DNA of 64,000 bases from Mytilus edulis (GCF_963676685.1 NC_092353.1:36518001-36582000); one strand, 5' to 3'. Positions 11,662-24,346 are shown, numbered from the stretch's first letter. A program made the numbers and translations. The notes: generated by a model not told the origin, from the sequence alone.

Positions 11662-12251
11662 GGTAGATCATAAGTAAATATTTTTTGAGACAGAATTTTC
11701 TTATACTTAGCCAGAATGAAGATTTTAATATGCTCTTTTCAAAAATATAATAAAAAGGATGGGTCACCGTCCTATTTTTCAAGCTATGAGTCGTTGAAAA
11801 TTGCCTAAATTTGGTTAGAGTGTTCATGGAAAAACACATTTGTGTGCATAAAAAAAATCTATGAGATAGAATTTTGAAATAAATTGTGAAAAGATAGGTT
11901 TTGTAATATGTTTTAAGAAAATAAAATAAAAAAAAGGTGTCAACGAACTTGTTTTCTTGCTACAAGTAAAAAGAAAAAAATTCCCTATCTGTCCAGTATA
12001 ATTTTTTCTAAAAGAGTTATCTTCCCTTAAATGGCTCGTTTGAAAAAAATGATTCTAAAAGCAAGAAAAATGATATTTGTTTAAATATTTTGGATTATAC
12101 AATAAATTGCCAAGTTTTCTTTATATTTTTGAACAGTCTATAACCATTAAATTGCAAATCTGTCTTCAAATTTGCAGATTTAGGCAAATAACTAGACCGA
12201 TTTTTTACTGTGATTGTTCAATCCAAGATGGCGGTATACCATGAATCTACC
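11662..12251. mobile_element. Non-autonomous Kolobok-like DNA transposon (MITE), 590 bp
   Basis: TTAA on both sides. Termini GGTAGATCAT… and …ATGAATCTACC form imperfect TIRs with 5'-RR/YY-3' ends. It interrupts a segment that is otherwise paralogous to 23140-23710. Confidence 0.7.
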
Positions 12252-12299
12252 TTAATTGAAAAATATATTCGATATTCTATTGCATGTTTGCATATTGAA

Positions 12300-12428
12300 G
12301 AATATTGGCTACTGTAAATTCACAATGATTGACCTTTGACACAAATACACCCCCTTTCTTAAATAACAGCAAAAAAAGTCAAGAAGCGGCCGGTATTTTT
12401 TTTATGGGAAAATGATTACATATAAAAT
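12300..12428 (+). pseudogene. Decayed copy of GAR-only gene exon 1
   Basis: aagaagcggccggtattttttttatgggaaaatgattacatataaa matches aagaagcggccagtattttttaatgggaaaattattacatattaag (23663-23708). The ATG is followed by an early TGA, there are deletions, and the donor is lost. Confidence 0.7.
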
Positions 12429-12844
12429 TATTTCTAAAAGTAAACGTTTTCCAAGCAGTACAATGACAGACGTTCATTATAGCATATGAATAAAAAGTTA
12501 TGTGGAACAATTACATCGTAACCTAGCTTACAACATACTAGTAGACATTTATTGTAAACTTTGGTTACTTTCGGCCGATATAAGACCCAATTTATGCACA
12601 GACCAGACAAATCTTTAAATTAAATATAAATGTAGTAGAGTATTGACGGAATTATAGTATAGTAATTGTCTGATTTGTTATAATCAAAAGAATTTTTGGC
12701 AAAGATATATCAAGATATGCACGTATCTATATGTATTATTCTGCTTTTTGCTCGCTTATCACGCGGACTGGGTTAAGAAGAGCGAAGGATGTTGGTTCAG
12801 AGATGGAAATTAGAAATCGCGATTAAATGAAAACGTCATCAACT

Positions 12845-13010
12845 ATACCAGGCTTATTTTTTTGTATACACTAGATGAGCGTCTCGTCTTAAAAGACTCA
12901 CCAGTGCCGCCTGATCCAAAATATTTGAATGGCCAAAAAAGTACGAACTTTACGAGGATTGAGGTCCCAAAATCCGTAAAGGTTTTGCCTCGAAAACTGC
13001 TAAGGAAATC
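12845..13010 (-). repeat. Highly degenerate retrozyme fragment
   Basis: ataccagg...cgtctcgtcttaaaagactcaccagtg...gaggattgaggtcccaaaatcc resembles the array unit. The catalytic core is mutated. Confidence 0.65.
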
Positions 13011-13970
13011 TGTTGTTTGGGTAGACAATTCATAATATTGCGCACAAAAAGCAGTGTTCATATTGATTTCACATGGACATTGGCTCATCTTTATATACAA
13101 AAATGTAATATTTCCCACAAGTCGGTAAATATCAATCCATGATCATCAACAGACATCACGACAATGATATTCACCAAAGCTATCAAGCAATTATTTACCT
13201 TCAAATAACTACAACAATTTCACAAATTTTGATTACATGCAGTGTCATTCGTTACAGCGATAAGCGGAAATGACCGAGTAACAGTAAATATAAAAAGATA
13301 AATAAATGAATCAATATATGTTGAAATGTAACATATATTAATTTTTTTTTTCTTCAACAAATTCATTTTATTAGTTGGTACATTTAAACGCAATATGTGT
13401 ATTTATTCTGACCAAAAGATCAGATCACCATCTTTTGTTTTATAAATAAATAATAATGACCTCAATACATATACAGTTTACAACACATATACAATTACAT
13501 CATTACGCTTTTAAAAACCATCATTTAGGTTTGAAACAAAACACTGCGTAATCTGATATCTATATTGTTGTAGACGAAATAAGAATTTGATATATTGCCA
13601 AAATTCTTAAAAACAAAAGATGACGGTCTAATTTACCAATATTATTAGTTATAAGCGTGTCTATTGTGTAATATTGAGAGATGAATATCATTTCAATATG
13701 TCAATTTAAACTTACAATAAGAAAAACATATGTTCTTTTTAATTTCCGTAGTTATTGAAAGAGAACAAACTATCAGTCTAGAAGTGTGCTTGTACATCTT
13801 GGTAGACGATTGCCATATTTAAGACTGGAATTGTCCTTAACAACAAAGAATTACCAAGAAGACTTACATCAAGACATCCGTTTCACTTTCTTCCAGATAC
13901 AAATGTGAAACGAAATGGATTTATAATGAATCAATATAAAACTACATACAAGCTACCAGTCGCAAGCAAT

Positions 13971-15185
13971 ATGTGCAAAGTCATAAGGACAAATAACTAC
14001 CCAACATATACGGATGATTCTGATAGCGATGATTATTACAATGAAGATGAACGAGTTGTGTACAGCTATCCTCCACAGAAGCGCATAATAAGGATAGTGC
14101 CAATTAGGAAATTCCCCGAGAATGGTGATATAATTTACAAACGATATAATACTTCTGCAAGGGAAGAACCCGAAAGAGAACGTATTATGTATCCTTCAAC
14201 AAGATTAGTCAGAAGAGTAAATGTGGAAACTGGATCTTCTTCTTCTGATTATGACAGAGATAATCCACATTTTAAAGTCCATGCCTTTCGACCAAAGATA
14301 AGAGATGAACGGATTGATAAAAGTCTTAATTTGTATCGGAGAAAGGAATTTGAAATAAAATCATATGTGTCTCCATCCTTGATCACCAGAGTAAAATCGA
14401 GAAGTGGATGTGAAACTAAATCTTCAAACGATGACAGTGATAGTAAACACACTAAAGTGCGGGAAAAACGGTTCACGCGAAGAAAGGAAAGGTTTCAAAA
14501 TTCATCTCCAAGAGATGACAGCACGCATCAAATCATTGGGGAATCTTCTGATAGCAAAGCAAAACGAAATGAAGTGAGTGAAAAGGTGATTTCTTCAAAA
14601 GAACATACTGTTTATATGGTCAGCAATAGACACAATCATCATATTAAAAAAAGGAAAGACAGGTTTTCACGAATTGGAGTTCATGGGGGCCATCAACAAA
14701 GAAACAACGTGACCCATCAAACCAAACTGACAATAAGTAAAAATACTGGTTTAACTTTCATCCGACCCTATAATGAAGTTTGTGGAAACAACGGAGTAAT
14801 CGAGACAAAGGAAACTTCATCAGATAATCATCAATCTTACTCGAACTTAATTAAAAGGAAAGAGTCTTTAGAAAGTGATTCGTATACCAGCTTTAGTGAC
14901 AGTTCGGAATCAGACAAAAGCGAAGGGAATACAACTGACAGCTCTAAAAGTCAGCAGCATGACAAAAATAAAATCAAGTTTTCAAGGTCAAATCAGACAC
15001 ATTGTGTTCTTGTTGATTATTCGAAGCTTCTCAAATATAGGGATGGCATAGTAAAACCACTTCCTAGAAACACAAAGATGAAAAACACGTTAGAGGAAAC
15101 ATACAACATCAAAGAAACACTAAGAATCGATTCGGAAATGAGGAAAATAGCTGAAAGACGTAGTCAGTTAGAAGTATGGACATAA
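13971..15185 (+). CDS. Family-A large disordered exon, copy A2 (premature stop; probable pseudogene or truncated protein)
   Basis: ATG 13971 (MCKVIRTNNY) aligns with the A1 and A3 starts. The stop comes directly after LEVWT, where A3 continues NPK. Degenerate homology to A3 continues to about 15400. Confidence 0.7.
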   Translation: MCKVIRTNNYPTYTDDSDSDDYYNEDERVVYSYPPQKRIIRIVPIRKFPENGDIIYKRYNTSAREEPERERIMYPSTRLVRRVNVETGSSSSDYDRDNPHFKVHAFRPKIRDERIDKSLNLYRRKEFEIKSYVSPSLITRVKSRSGCETKSSNDDSDSKHTKVREKRFTRRKERFQNSSPRDDSTHQIIGESSDSKAKRNEVSEKVISSKEHTVYMVSNRHNHHIKKRKDRFSRIGVHGGHQQRNNVTHQTKLTISKNTGLTFIRPYNEVCGNNGVIETKETSSDNHQSYSNLIKRKESLESDSYTSFSDSSESDKSEGNTTDSSKSQQHDKNKIKFSRSNQTHCVLVDYSKLLKYRDGIVKPLPRNTKMKNTLEETYNIKETLRIDSEMRKIAERRSQLEVWT

Positions 15186-18100
15186 TATTAGAACAGGGTT
15201 GACAATGACGAAACATTTTTTTCAGAATAATATATAAAACTCAGTTTTATATGCTTGGTTAACTCAGAAACAAATGCAATTTAATAAATAAAAACGAGAC
15301 GAAGACCCTGATTATATTGAATATTTATTACGATAGTAATTTTCATTAGTAAACAAATTAATGTCCGAAAGTCATTTACAAAAAGCTCACCAAGATATTA
15401 TTTTTTTTTAGTTTTAAGTCAATTTCCAATTTTCGATGCGTAAACATAGTACTGTTCAGACAATTCGGTTGTAGTCCATTCAGACATGTTCAGTTCATTA
15501 CAAGCCAGTTTTAGCGGTTGGTACTTACCTGAACAATTCAACAAAACATTGAATTGTCTGTAGAGCTACTTAGAAGTATTGAATTGACTGCAATCAATTG
15601 TTTAAACAGTAATGAATTCACAACAACCTTCTTGTTTTGGGTTATTTATTCAAATTGTGTAAAATTTCACCCTCAAATGTATATGGAGTACATATCTCTC
15701 AGTTTATACAATATTCCAGAGGTTGCATATTCTAACATGGTTTTTTTTTTATCTTGGAAATTTGATTCTCACAACAAACTATTAAAACAAGAGTTCATAG
15801 ATGTACAGTTTATGTCTTTCTTTCCAACAAATTAACGGACGCTTTACAATTTGACTTACCGATATGGTTTAGATGTGTCACGGATGTATTCCAATTGTCG
15901 AATATGAAGACACGATCCAATCTTGTTATCCTCGATTATGGTATCATCCAATGCAACTTATATCACGTGCACGTAAAGCAAAATTACGACCAAAGTAGGT
16001 AGAAAACTAACATTTCGACATCGTTCGTCGAACAAACACAACTTTATTTGCCTATCGTTATTTGTGCAAAAATGATTAACGTTGGCTCATGGCACAACAT
16101 GGTGTAATTCTGGGGAAATATAACCTTTCTTTTACAAAACCTTATGCAAATTATGAAAAAACGTTAAATATGTTTGTTAGATAACATTTGATCAATGGTA
16201 TGCGTACAATGTAAATTTTTTAAATATAATATTTACCATATTAACATCAGTTTATTCAAACAAAATTGATTGACACATCTATGCAAAAGTTTGTAGCTTT
16301 TGCGACAAATTAAACGTTAAACTTTTCATAAATGAAAATGAATACAAAGGAATGAAATGAAATGAAATCTCAACAATCAAAAACAAGATAAAAAAGGATC
16401 CAAATCGTAATGAAATGACCAAAAGGTACACATAATATACAGTTACTACCGCTTTAGGAGATTTTAGCAAACGATTATATCAACTAGCCCGATAAAAAGT
16501 ATTAATGGTCAACGATAAACCAACATAGTAGTAACAGCTAACAATAAACCAAAATAAACTGTAATGCCATTTACCAACAAACTTATCAACAAGGAACTAT
16601 CATTGAAAGCACATGTAAAAATTATGACCAATCACATAAAGTGATTTCAAATAACCGTCTTCTTGTAAGTTGATGCATTTAGATTGTTAGCCTGGTGCAA
16701 AAGATTGAATGTCACTGTTCAAATTCGGATCTCAATATGATTGTGAAACTATCAACGCTTAACTAAGAAATTGCCGTACATTAATTTTTATTCGAACACA
16801 AGATATGTGAAGATTGCACTAAACGATAAATTTTAATCGTTAAAACTTTACTAATATTTTATTCTTGTTTATATTTTTTTTTCATTGATAAAAAAAAACT
16901 GAAACCCAATTATAAACCAACGTATAATGATGCCGAAAATTAAATTGTAACCATCATATGTTAATAAAATAAAAACCTCTTTTGCACACACTTAAAAATA
17001 TCATGTCAAAATATGTCCTCCGTCCAGCTTAGTTATATGTCAACGTAAACTTCGAATCAAATAGTAATCACTGTTTCTTTTTTTAATTCATGACTTGTCA
17101 ACATGACTCCATCAATAACTCATTTTGCATTCAGATGTTATAAACATTAACCAGTTTATCAAAATAAGCACTGTGGAACAACGTATCAACTATTTGTTTT
17201 CTAGATCCAACGATAAACAAACATAATATCAACAAATAATTATCAACCGACATAAAACTTAAAGGCAATGTTTGCCACACGTAAAGTCAACAAATCATCT
17301 GGAAACGTCTACCGTTAGTCCAACGTAAGCAATATGTTGAAAAAACAAATGCACTATTCAAAATCACTATACTATATAATATTTGGCCCAACGATTGGAC
17401 AACGTCAGTAAACACACGGTTATTTTCAATTTGGGTCAACTTTGGGCAAAGGTTAATTATTCACAATACAAGTCAGTTTGTGTTACTTTTTTCCCTGCAC
17501 CATTCTAGAGTTCCTCACTGCTTTTTCCTGCACCCACTTTTTATGTTAAGTTACTAGCACAATCTTATTGGTTACAAATAGATAAACTATGATGTCTTTA
17601 AAACGTTTATGAGACAGAATCTCCACAAAAAATAGAAATAAAAATGCGTTTCCTATGCTGCTTAATTACCCTTTCGTTGTCAAGTACATGTAACATTCAT
17701 TTAAAGTAACTTTTCGTAATTTACCAGTTTCTCAACTACCATATGTACCAGTTCAGTTTTGTTCCCGATATCATTGAATAGCAATACCTGAACGTAGGAA
17801 ACCGTATTCTATAACGATACCATCTGTACATGTCGCAATGTTTATCTTTATTATAAAGGCTATGTGCTACAGGGAAAACGGTAGTATTTAATTTTCCCAG
17901 CATTAAGTTGGCCTTTTGTGTACCCAAGGCAGGTGAAGGAAGTCAAATTAGGAGCGCTGTGATTGGATGTAAGGGTACAATATATTTTTTATTTATCTAT
18001 GAATAACTGCAGTGTGTATATTTACAATATAAATTTTAAAACCTATTGAAATATTTTCTAGAGAATTATTCGAAAAGACTTGCAAAATTTCATAAATTTG

Positions 18101-18573
18101 GTGCAAAATGACGGTGGGCATAGATAACATAAACAAGCTCCGTTGAAAGTTGGTCATGATACTATTTGGCTTTAATTTTTAAAACAGAGTAATAAAGTAC
18201 TAACACAACATATAACTGTTTTATCCAGGTTTTTATCTTAAAAAGTGGTAAATTTAGAAAATGTTAACATTGTCACCTATGGCAGAATAAATAGTACCGT
18301 TTTCCCTACAAAGGTAGTCTTAATGAAGAAATTGACATAAAACATGAAACACAAAAGTCCTTCGTAGTTAAAATAAACACTATTAAAGGAAAGTGAGAAC
18401 ATAGAATATTATTCAAACAAATCAAGATATTATAAACATGAGGTACACGCCTATTGTTATTTTTTAAACTGTGTTTGGTGAGATACGGATTGTAACCATA
18501 CTCCTTACTTACTATTTATTTATAGTGGTATATAGTTAAATCTTCAAAAGCTAAACATATTCATAAACTTCAT

Positions 18574-18648
18574 ATCATCTCAACTCGATTGCTTTTCTCG
18601 CTTTTGCCGTACCGGCACTAGCGAGAAAATTGATCTCGTTAAGATGAT
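18574..18648. repeat. Imperfect hairpin, probable terminus of a non-autonomous DNA element
   Basis: atcatct…ttttctcgct-ttt-gccg-tac-cggc-act-agcgagaaaa…agatgat. Confidence 0.5.
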
Positions 18649-18672
18649 CAATAATAATCTTTAAATATAGTT

Positions 18673-19329
18673 ATAACACAAGTATTAGACCAGAATAATG
18701 AACATGGATCCTGGAGTCAAGTTGAAAGGAAAGAAAAGAAAGAGAAACCAAAAGTATTGCTAGTTGGAACATCTAACACTGAACAAATTAAAACAGAAAG
18801 ATTAAGTGCACAATTTGATACAATGAAGAAAATAGCATACCATATTGATCAAGCAGAAAAGGTTATTGATGAACTAGAAGAATCTTATAACCCGGATGTT
18901 ATCGCCTATCATATATTGAGCAACGAACTTACGAAAAAATCCTCATCAGAATGTGTCTTACAACTTGAGAAACTTATACAAAAGACTAAAGAAAAAAGGC
19001 CAGACTCAAAAATAGTAGTCTCCTTGGCAACAAACCGAAGTGATGAGCGCAAATATAACTTAAAGGTAAATACCGTGAATTCCCTAGTAAAAGAAATGCA
19101 CGAGGAATCTAGTGATTTCGTTATTTGCGACAACCATAATCTGTCAGTTTCTGGTGAAATAAATAAAAAGTTTATAAATAATGATGGCTATCATTTAAGT
19201 GATGTAGGTGTAAAAGTTCTTGCCGCTAATATCAGGAAGTGTGTGGATCAGATTCTAGGTATCCCATTCATCAAACGCAGAGGGCCTGTTAACCGTAAGC
19301 CATGGCAAAAACCAAAAAGAGGCAGTTAA
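18673..19329 (+). CDS. LINE ORF1 C-terminal part: SGNH/GDSL esterase-like domain
   Basis: Block I LLVGTSNT, block III YHILSNEL, block V DGYHL..G...LA..I. The frame is open upstream of the TTG called at 18757 and has no ATG start, consistent with truncation. Confidence 0.8.
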   Translation: MTQVLDQNNEHGSWSQVERKEKKEKPKVLLVGTSNTEQIKTERLSAQFDTMKKIAYHIDQAEKVIDELEESYNPDVIAYHILSNELTKKSSSECVLQLEKLIQKTKEKRPDSKIVVSLATNRSDERKYNLKVNTVNSLVKEMHEESSDFVICDNHNLSVSGEINKKFINNDGYHLSDVGVKVLAANIRKCVDQILGIPFIKRRGPVNRKPWQKPKRGS

Positions 19330-22300
19330 ATCTATGCGTGTGGAACGTTGATGGTATAAAGACAAAAGATTTTGACAAATTTAATGATTCTAGTCTATTG
19401 AAACAAATAAGTTTATATGATATTGTAGGTCTAGTAGAAACTCACAATAATAAATCATTTAGCTCACCTCTATGTAACTATAAAATTTATCATAATTTTA
19501 GAAATCAAAATGAAAAGTCTAGAAGACTTTTTGGAGGTATAAGCGTTATGGTACGGAGGTCAATATCTGCAGGAGTAGCCCCCCTCCCTATCACAAATTC
19601 AAATTTTATGTGGTTTAGATTAGACAAAAACTACTTTTCCCTTAATAGAGACTTATATATATGTTTTCTACATATACCCCCTGAAAACTCTACTTATTCT
19701 ATTAAAGAAGGGGACCAATTTATAAATGATATCACAAATATGTATGATAAAGGGGACATTGCACTGTTTGGAGATTTCAATGCCCGTGTTGCTGTAGATG
19801 TTGACTTCATACCTAATGATAATTGTTCAAAATTTATGCCTGATGAACATTACATTGAGGATGTACCATGTACTACTAGAGAAAGTCAAGATCAGGTAAG
19901 ATGCAACAGAGGGAAAAGCTTGATTGACTTATGTATCCAAAGTAGACTAAGAATCCTTAACGGAAGGACATTAGGTGACTTGTCTGGGAAATTTACAGCC
20001 CACTGTTCCTTGGGCAGTAGTGTAATTGATTATATAATTGGAAGTGAAAGTATTTCACATAGATTTTTATGTATGAAAGTCCATGATTTTCAAAAATCTA
20101 TTTCAAATCATTGTTTGTTGTCATGTATTCTATCTGTAGATTTTGACGAACAATTAAATTCTGAGACAACAAAACTATTTCCACTTCCCCTAAGATATAA
20201 ATGGACTGATGGGTCTATTAGCAAATTCCAGGAAGCGTTGGCTTGTCCCTCTGTTGCATCTAAACTTGAAGAATTTAATAATTGTAATATAAGTTTAGAT
20301 AAAAATGGTATTGAGAAAGCTGTTGTTGATATGACCAATTGTATTTTAGAAGCTGCAAATATTTCTCTAAAGGCAAGGAAAGGGGTCATGAGAAAAAATA
20401 ATAAGAAAAAGAAAAAACCATGGTTTACCCCTGATCTACATGAAATGAAAACTTCGTTAGATTATCTAAGTAAACAACTTACCTTTAGACCTTTTGATAA
20501 CCAACTTAGACATAAATGTTTTTGTCTAAGTAAGCAGTATAATAAACTAAGGAAGGAAAGGCGACGGAACCATTTTAAAGATATAGTTAATAAAATGAAA
20601 AACCTCTCTACAAAAAACCCCAAACAGTTTTGGGAAATTGTTAATACACTCAAATTTTGTGACAGTGAAAAAGAGGAAATACCAATTACCCCCAGTGTAT
20701 TACTGGATCACTTTAAGGAGTTAGATAAGGTCTCAGGTGAAAAATCTTTAATTAATGACTATTTTAAGAACTGTCTAAATACAACTATAATTCCTAATGG
20801 AACAGATATATTAGACAACCCAATCACTATAAAAGAAATTAGTAAAGCTTGCCTAAAGCTTAAAAATAATAAAAGCAGTGGTCATGATGGTATTTTAAAT
20901 GAAATGATTAAGTATGGCCAGTTCGCACTGATGCCATCTTTGATTAAATTATTTAATAGTATTTTGTCATCTGGTATTTATCCAGAAAGTTGGTCAAATG
21001 GTATAATAATCCCTATTTTTAAACAGGGTGATAATCATGATCCTGGCAACTATAGAGGAATAACTATAACTAGTTGTATGGGCAAAGTTTTCAACTCCAT
21101 TTTAAATACACGACTCGAAGAATTTCTTAAAGTTAATAACATAATCGCTGATGAGCAAATTGGGTTTAAGAGGGGATGTAGAACTTCAGACCACATCTTT
21201 AAGCTTAAAACTATTATAGATAAATATTTAAATAAGTCAAAAAAACTTTATACTTGTTTTATAGACCTTAAAAAGGCATTTGACTCTGTGATCCACCCTG
21301 CCCTTTTATTAAAGCTTGCAAAAGCTGGTATTGGTGGGAAATATCTATCTATTCTACAATCCATGTATACAAATATTGGATTAAATGTAAAACTTAACAA
21401 TGAAAGTATAACCGAAGCCTTTCCTTCAAATATTGGTGTTTTTCAGGGAGACAACCTTAGTCCTAACCTGTTCAATGTATTTATCAATGATATCACCAAG
21501 ATATTTGATTGCTCCTGTTCACCAGTTTCTATGGGAACTAAATCTATTAACTGTTTGCTATATGCCGATGATTTATTGTTGATGTCAGAAACTAAAGAGG
21601 GTCTTCAAAATAGCATGAATAAAGTGTTTGAATATTGTAATGAGTGGGGACTTGGCATCAACTATCGAAAATCAAAAGTACTTATATTCAATAAGGGAAG
21701 TAGAATTCCTAAAGTTAATTTCTACATTGGTGAATCAGAAATAGAAATTGTAAAACAATACAAGTATCTTGGTGTTATATTTACTGCAAATGGTAGTTTT
21801 AATAATGCGCTAAAGGACCTATACACCCGAGGCCAAAAAGTTTTTTTCAAAATAACTAATGTATTTAAAAATATGTCTTGTGATGCAGAACATTTTTTGT
21901 ATGTATTTGACCATACTGTCAAACCTGTACTTTTATATGCATCCGAGATAGTGGGGATGTTTAAACCCTCTTTAGATGATAACTTATTTGAAAAAGTTTA
22001 TAAATATCTCCCATTGGAGAAACTTAATTTGTCTTTATGTAGATATATTTTATCAGTTAATAAAAAGACAAGCAAATTGGCCTTGTATGGTGAATTAGGT
22101 CGATATCCAATTTATATTGATATTGTTTCGTCTATGTTAAAATATTGGACTAGACTTGAAAATGATAAAACAGGTGATAAACTTTTATCTCATGCACTTG
22201 CAGAGAATCTACTCATGATTGAAAATAATCAAAATTGCTGGTTAAGCTCAATAAAAAATATTCTCAAGAAATTTAATATGTTCAACTCTAATGAGTCAGA

Positions 22301-22838
22301 ATTAACTCAATTACATGTTTCTATGAAAAATGGTGATATCCAAAGGATAATAAAATCTACTAAAAGTAAGTTTGAATCTAGATGGTTTCAACAACTTCAA
22401 ACCAGTGAGAAACTGAGAACATATAGAACTTTCAAAAACATTTTCAAATTTGAAAATTATCTTGTTAATATTTGTAACGAAAATGATAATATTAACATGA
22501 GTAGATATAGAACCAGCAATCATAGACTGCAAATTGAATTGGGTAGATATACAATACCAAAAACACCTGTTAATGACAAAACATGTAAGAACTGTTCCTC
22601 TTGTGAAGTAGAAGATGAAAAACACATTTTATTAGATTGCCAAAAATATTTTACTATTAGGCAAACCTATATAGACATTTGCTATAATAAGAATAGTTCA
22701 AAACTGAACACAGATAACAAATTTATTTGGCTTATGAGTAATGAACATGCCAATGTATGTAGAAATATATCTAGATTTCTAAGTTTGAGTATATTTTACA
22801 AAACTGATAGCAAAGCAACAGAAAAATTATCATCTTAG
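19302..22838 (+). CDS. LINE ORF2: apurinic endonuclease + reverse transcriptase + C-terminal Cys/His motif (1178 aa)
   Basis: WNVDG, LVETH, GDFNAR, SVIDY, SNH (APE). NYRGITI, FIDLKKAFDSV, QGDNLSP, YADD, YLG (RT). CKNC..CEVEDEKHILLDC. Confidence 0.95.
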   Translation: MAKTKKRQLNLCVWNVDGIKTKDFDKFNDSSLLKQISLYDIVGLVETHNNKSFSSPLCNYKIYHNFRNQNEKSRRLFGGISVMVRRSISAGVAPLPITNSNFMWFRLDKNYFSLNRDLYICFLHIPPENSTYSIKEGDQFINDITNMYDKGDIALFGDFNARVAVDVDFIPNDNCSKFMPDEHYIEDVPCTTRESQDQVRCNRGKSLIDLCIQSRLRILNGRTLGDLSGKFTAHCSLGSSVIDYIIGSESISHRFLCMKVHDFQKSISNHCLLSCILSVDFDEQLNSETTKLFPLPLRYKWTDGSISKFQEALACPSVASKLEEFNNCNISLDKNGIEKAVVDMTNCILEAANISLKARKGVMRKNNKKKKKPWFTPDLHEMKTSLDYLSKQLTFRPFDNQLRHKCFCLSKQYNKLRKERRRNHFKDIVNKMKNLSTKNPKQFWEIVNTLKFCDSEKEEIPITPSVLLDHFKELDKVSGEKSLINDYFKNCLNTTIIPNGTDILDNPITIKEISKACLKLKNNKSSGHDGILNEMIKYGQFALMPSLIKLFNSILSSGIYPESWSNGIIIPIFKQGDNHDPGNYRGITITSCMGKVFNSILNTRLEEFLKVNNIIADEQIGFKRGCRTSDHIFKLKTIIDKYLNKSKKLYTCFIDLKKAFDSVIHPALLLKLAKAGIGGKYLSILQSMYTNIGLNVKLNNESITEAFPSNIGVFQGDNLSPNLFNVFINDITKIFDCSCSPVSMGTKSINCLLYADDLLLMSETKEGLQNSMNKVFEYCNEWGLGINYRKSKVLIFNKGSRIPKVNFYIGESEIEIVKQYKYLGVIFTANGSFNNALKDLYTRGQKVFFKITNVFKNMSCDAEHFLYVFDHTVKPVLLYASEIVGMFKPSLDDNLFEKVYKYLPLEKLNLSLCRYILSVNKKTSKLALYGELGRYPIYIDIVSSMLKYWTRLENDKTGDKLLSHALAENLLMIENNQNCWLSSIKNILKKFNMFNSNESELTQLHVSMKNGDIQRIIKSTKSKFESRWFQQLQTSEKLRTYRTFKNIFKFENYLVNICNENDNINMSRYRTSNHRLQIELGRYTIPKTPVNDKTCKNCSSCEVEDEKHILLDCQKYFTIRQTYIDICYNKNSSKLNTDNKFIWLMSNEHANVCRNISRFLSLSIFYKTDSKATEKLSS

Positions 22839-23200
22839 TGTTCTGTCATATATATATATATATATTTATTTGTTGTATGGATATGGTAACTTAATAGAGT
22901 ATTTACATAAGAACAGGGTTGTCTCCCTTGATATTTATCATACCATATAATATAATATTTCCTTTTTTATGTGTGTATTAGATCTCTTTGTCAGCTATAA
23001 CTCTTTCTCAATATTTATGTACATATGCATTTATATTGTTCATTTTATGCTCTTAGTGAGTTTTCTTGAATAAAATAATTTGAATTTGAATTTGAATTTT
23101 AATATTAATATATGTATACAAACTAATTTTAAACACCAGACATAAACAACATAACATTTCAAGTGTATTGATTTACTTCCCTTACTTTTTATCAGAAACG

Positions 23201-23281
23201 TATTTATAAATTATTTATGTTGTAACTGGCAGTTTTATAGTACTACAGATTTGCACATTACAATTTCTAGCAGTGGTGAGT
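23201..23281 (+). promoter_or_regulatory. Putative TATA-like box and 5' non-coding exon of the GAR-only gene
   Basis: tatttataaa at 23201 and a consensus donor g|gtgagt at 23276. The block is conserved in the paralogous segment at 11515-11600. There is an acceptor ttag| at 23554 upstream of the ATG. Confidence 0.35.
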
Positions 23282-23579
23282 TACCGAGACTTTATATACA
23301 TTTTGCATATGGTTAAGGCTTGACGTTTAAGTGTTAAATTTTGAATATTTTTTTACATGAAAGCGAAAGCAATGCTTCTAACTAGGGACATATAATCAAT
23401 AATTAACAGTTTACATGCAAAAAATTATTAAAGCGAACAGCAGAAACAAAGTAATTATCCACGTTTAAATAATAATGGTCTTATAACATGTATAAGTGAG
23501 AATTGTATGTGTATTATGTTGGGAGAATATAATTAATATTTTATTTTATGTTAGGAATATACAACGCTGTGAAGTCACG

Positions 23580-23708
23580 ATGGCTGCTCTGAGACACAGC
23601 TTTTCTAAGGTTACAGATAACGCATTCCCCCCATGCAAATGTTACCAGTATTTGAGCAAGAAAAGAAGCGGCCAGTATTTTTTAATGGGAAAATTATTAC
23701 ATATTAAG
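23580..23708 (+). CDS. Stand-alone GAR (GAS2-related) domain protein, coding exon 1 (N-half of GAR)
   Basis: MAALRHSFSKVTDNAFPPCKCYQYLSKKRSGQYFLMGKLLHIK matches the GAR pattern CxC…G.Y….K….(R/K). Phase-0 donor aag|gtatgt. Confidence 0.72.
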
Positions 23709-24170
23709 GTATGTAAATTACATAACAAGATGAATGTTTTGTTATATCACTTTAAGATAGATGATCGAAACGTTGGTCATGTATTTCAGATAAAATTTAA
23801 AATATATGTAAAGTCAATCTTAATTTTAGCCATGATTTATTAGTCGTACTACGTGTAATAATCTTGACAACTTACTTTACATATATTTTAAACTTTAAGC
23901 ACATCAATATCAAGAAACAAATTATCACACAACGACATACAAATCCTCGAAAAAGTTTACAATGCACTCTAAATATTGCTTAAGTTACATAATAGATAAA
24001 GAAAACAGGCGTTTAACAACCATTGTAATAATATGTATCAATTATAGTATACGAATAAATAATGAGAAAGTTTGATTTTTCTACCTTGTAACATAACTAG
24101 CTAACTAAATATTGTACAGTTTCACACTTAATTTCATTCTGAAAGACATAAGACTAACGTTATTTATATG

Positions 24171-24346
24171 TAGTAAATAAACTTATCATAGATACCAGAA
24201 TTAAATTTTGTATTTAAGCCAGACGCGCTTTTCGTCTAAAAACAGACTCATCAGTGACGCTCGAATCCAATGAAGTTAAGAAAAATCCAAATAAAATACG
24301 AAGTTGAAGAGCATTGAGGACCAAAATCCCTAAAACTATTGCCAAA
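24171..24346 (-). repeat. Solitary retrozyme-family fragment (second subfamily) with hammerhead core at 24218-24262
   Basis: gccagacgcgcttttcgtctaaaaacagactcatcagtgacgctc…gaagttgaagagcattgagga. One stem III base is mutated. Confidence 0.8.

Larger units (their letters stand above)
18670..23098 (+). mobile_element. RTE-X-like non-LTR retrotransposon, 5'-truncated within ORF1, ORF2 intact
   Basis: Esterase ORF1 remnant overlapping an APE-RT-Zn finger ORF2. The 3' UTR has (TA)n, AATAAA and a (TTTGAA)3 tail. The 5' boundary is approximate and no convincing TSD was found. Confidence 0.88.

Noticed and set aside
15445-17470. Degenerate internally repetitive region (ccaacg/gttgg and ctgaac motifs)
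   Set aside because: Probably an old DNA transposon or satellite remnant, but no boundaries or TIRs could be defined.
18650-23110. Target-site duplication for the RTE-X-like element
   Set aside because: Only low-complexity AT matches were found, which are not convincing.
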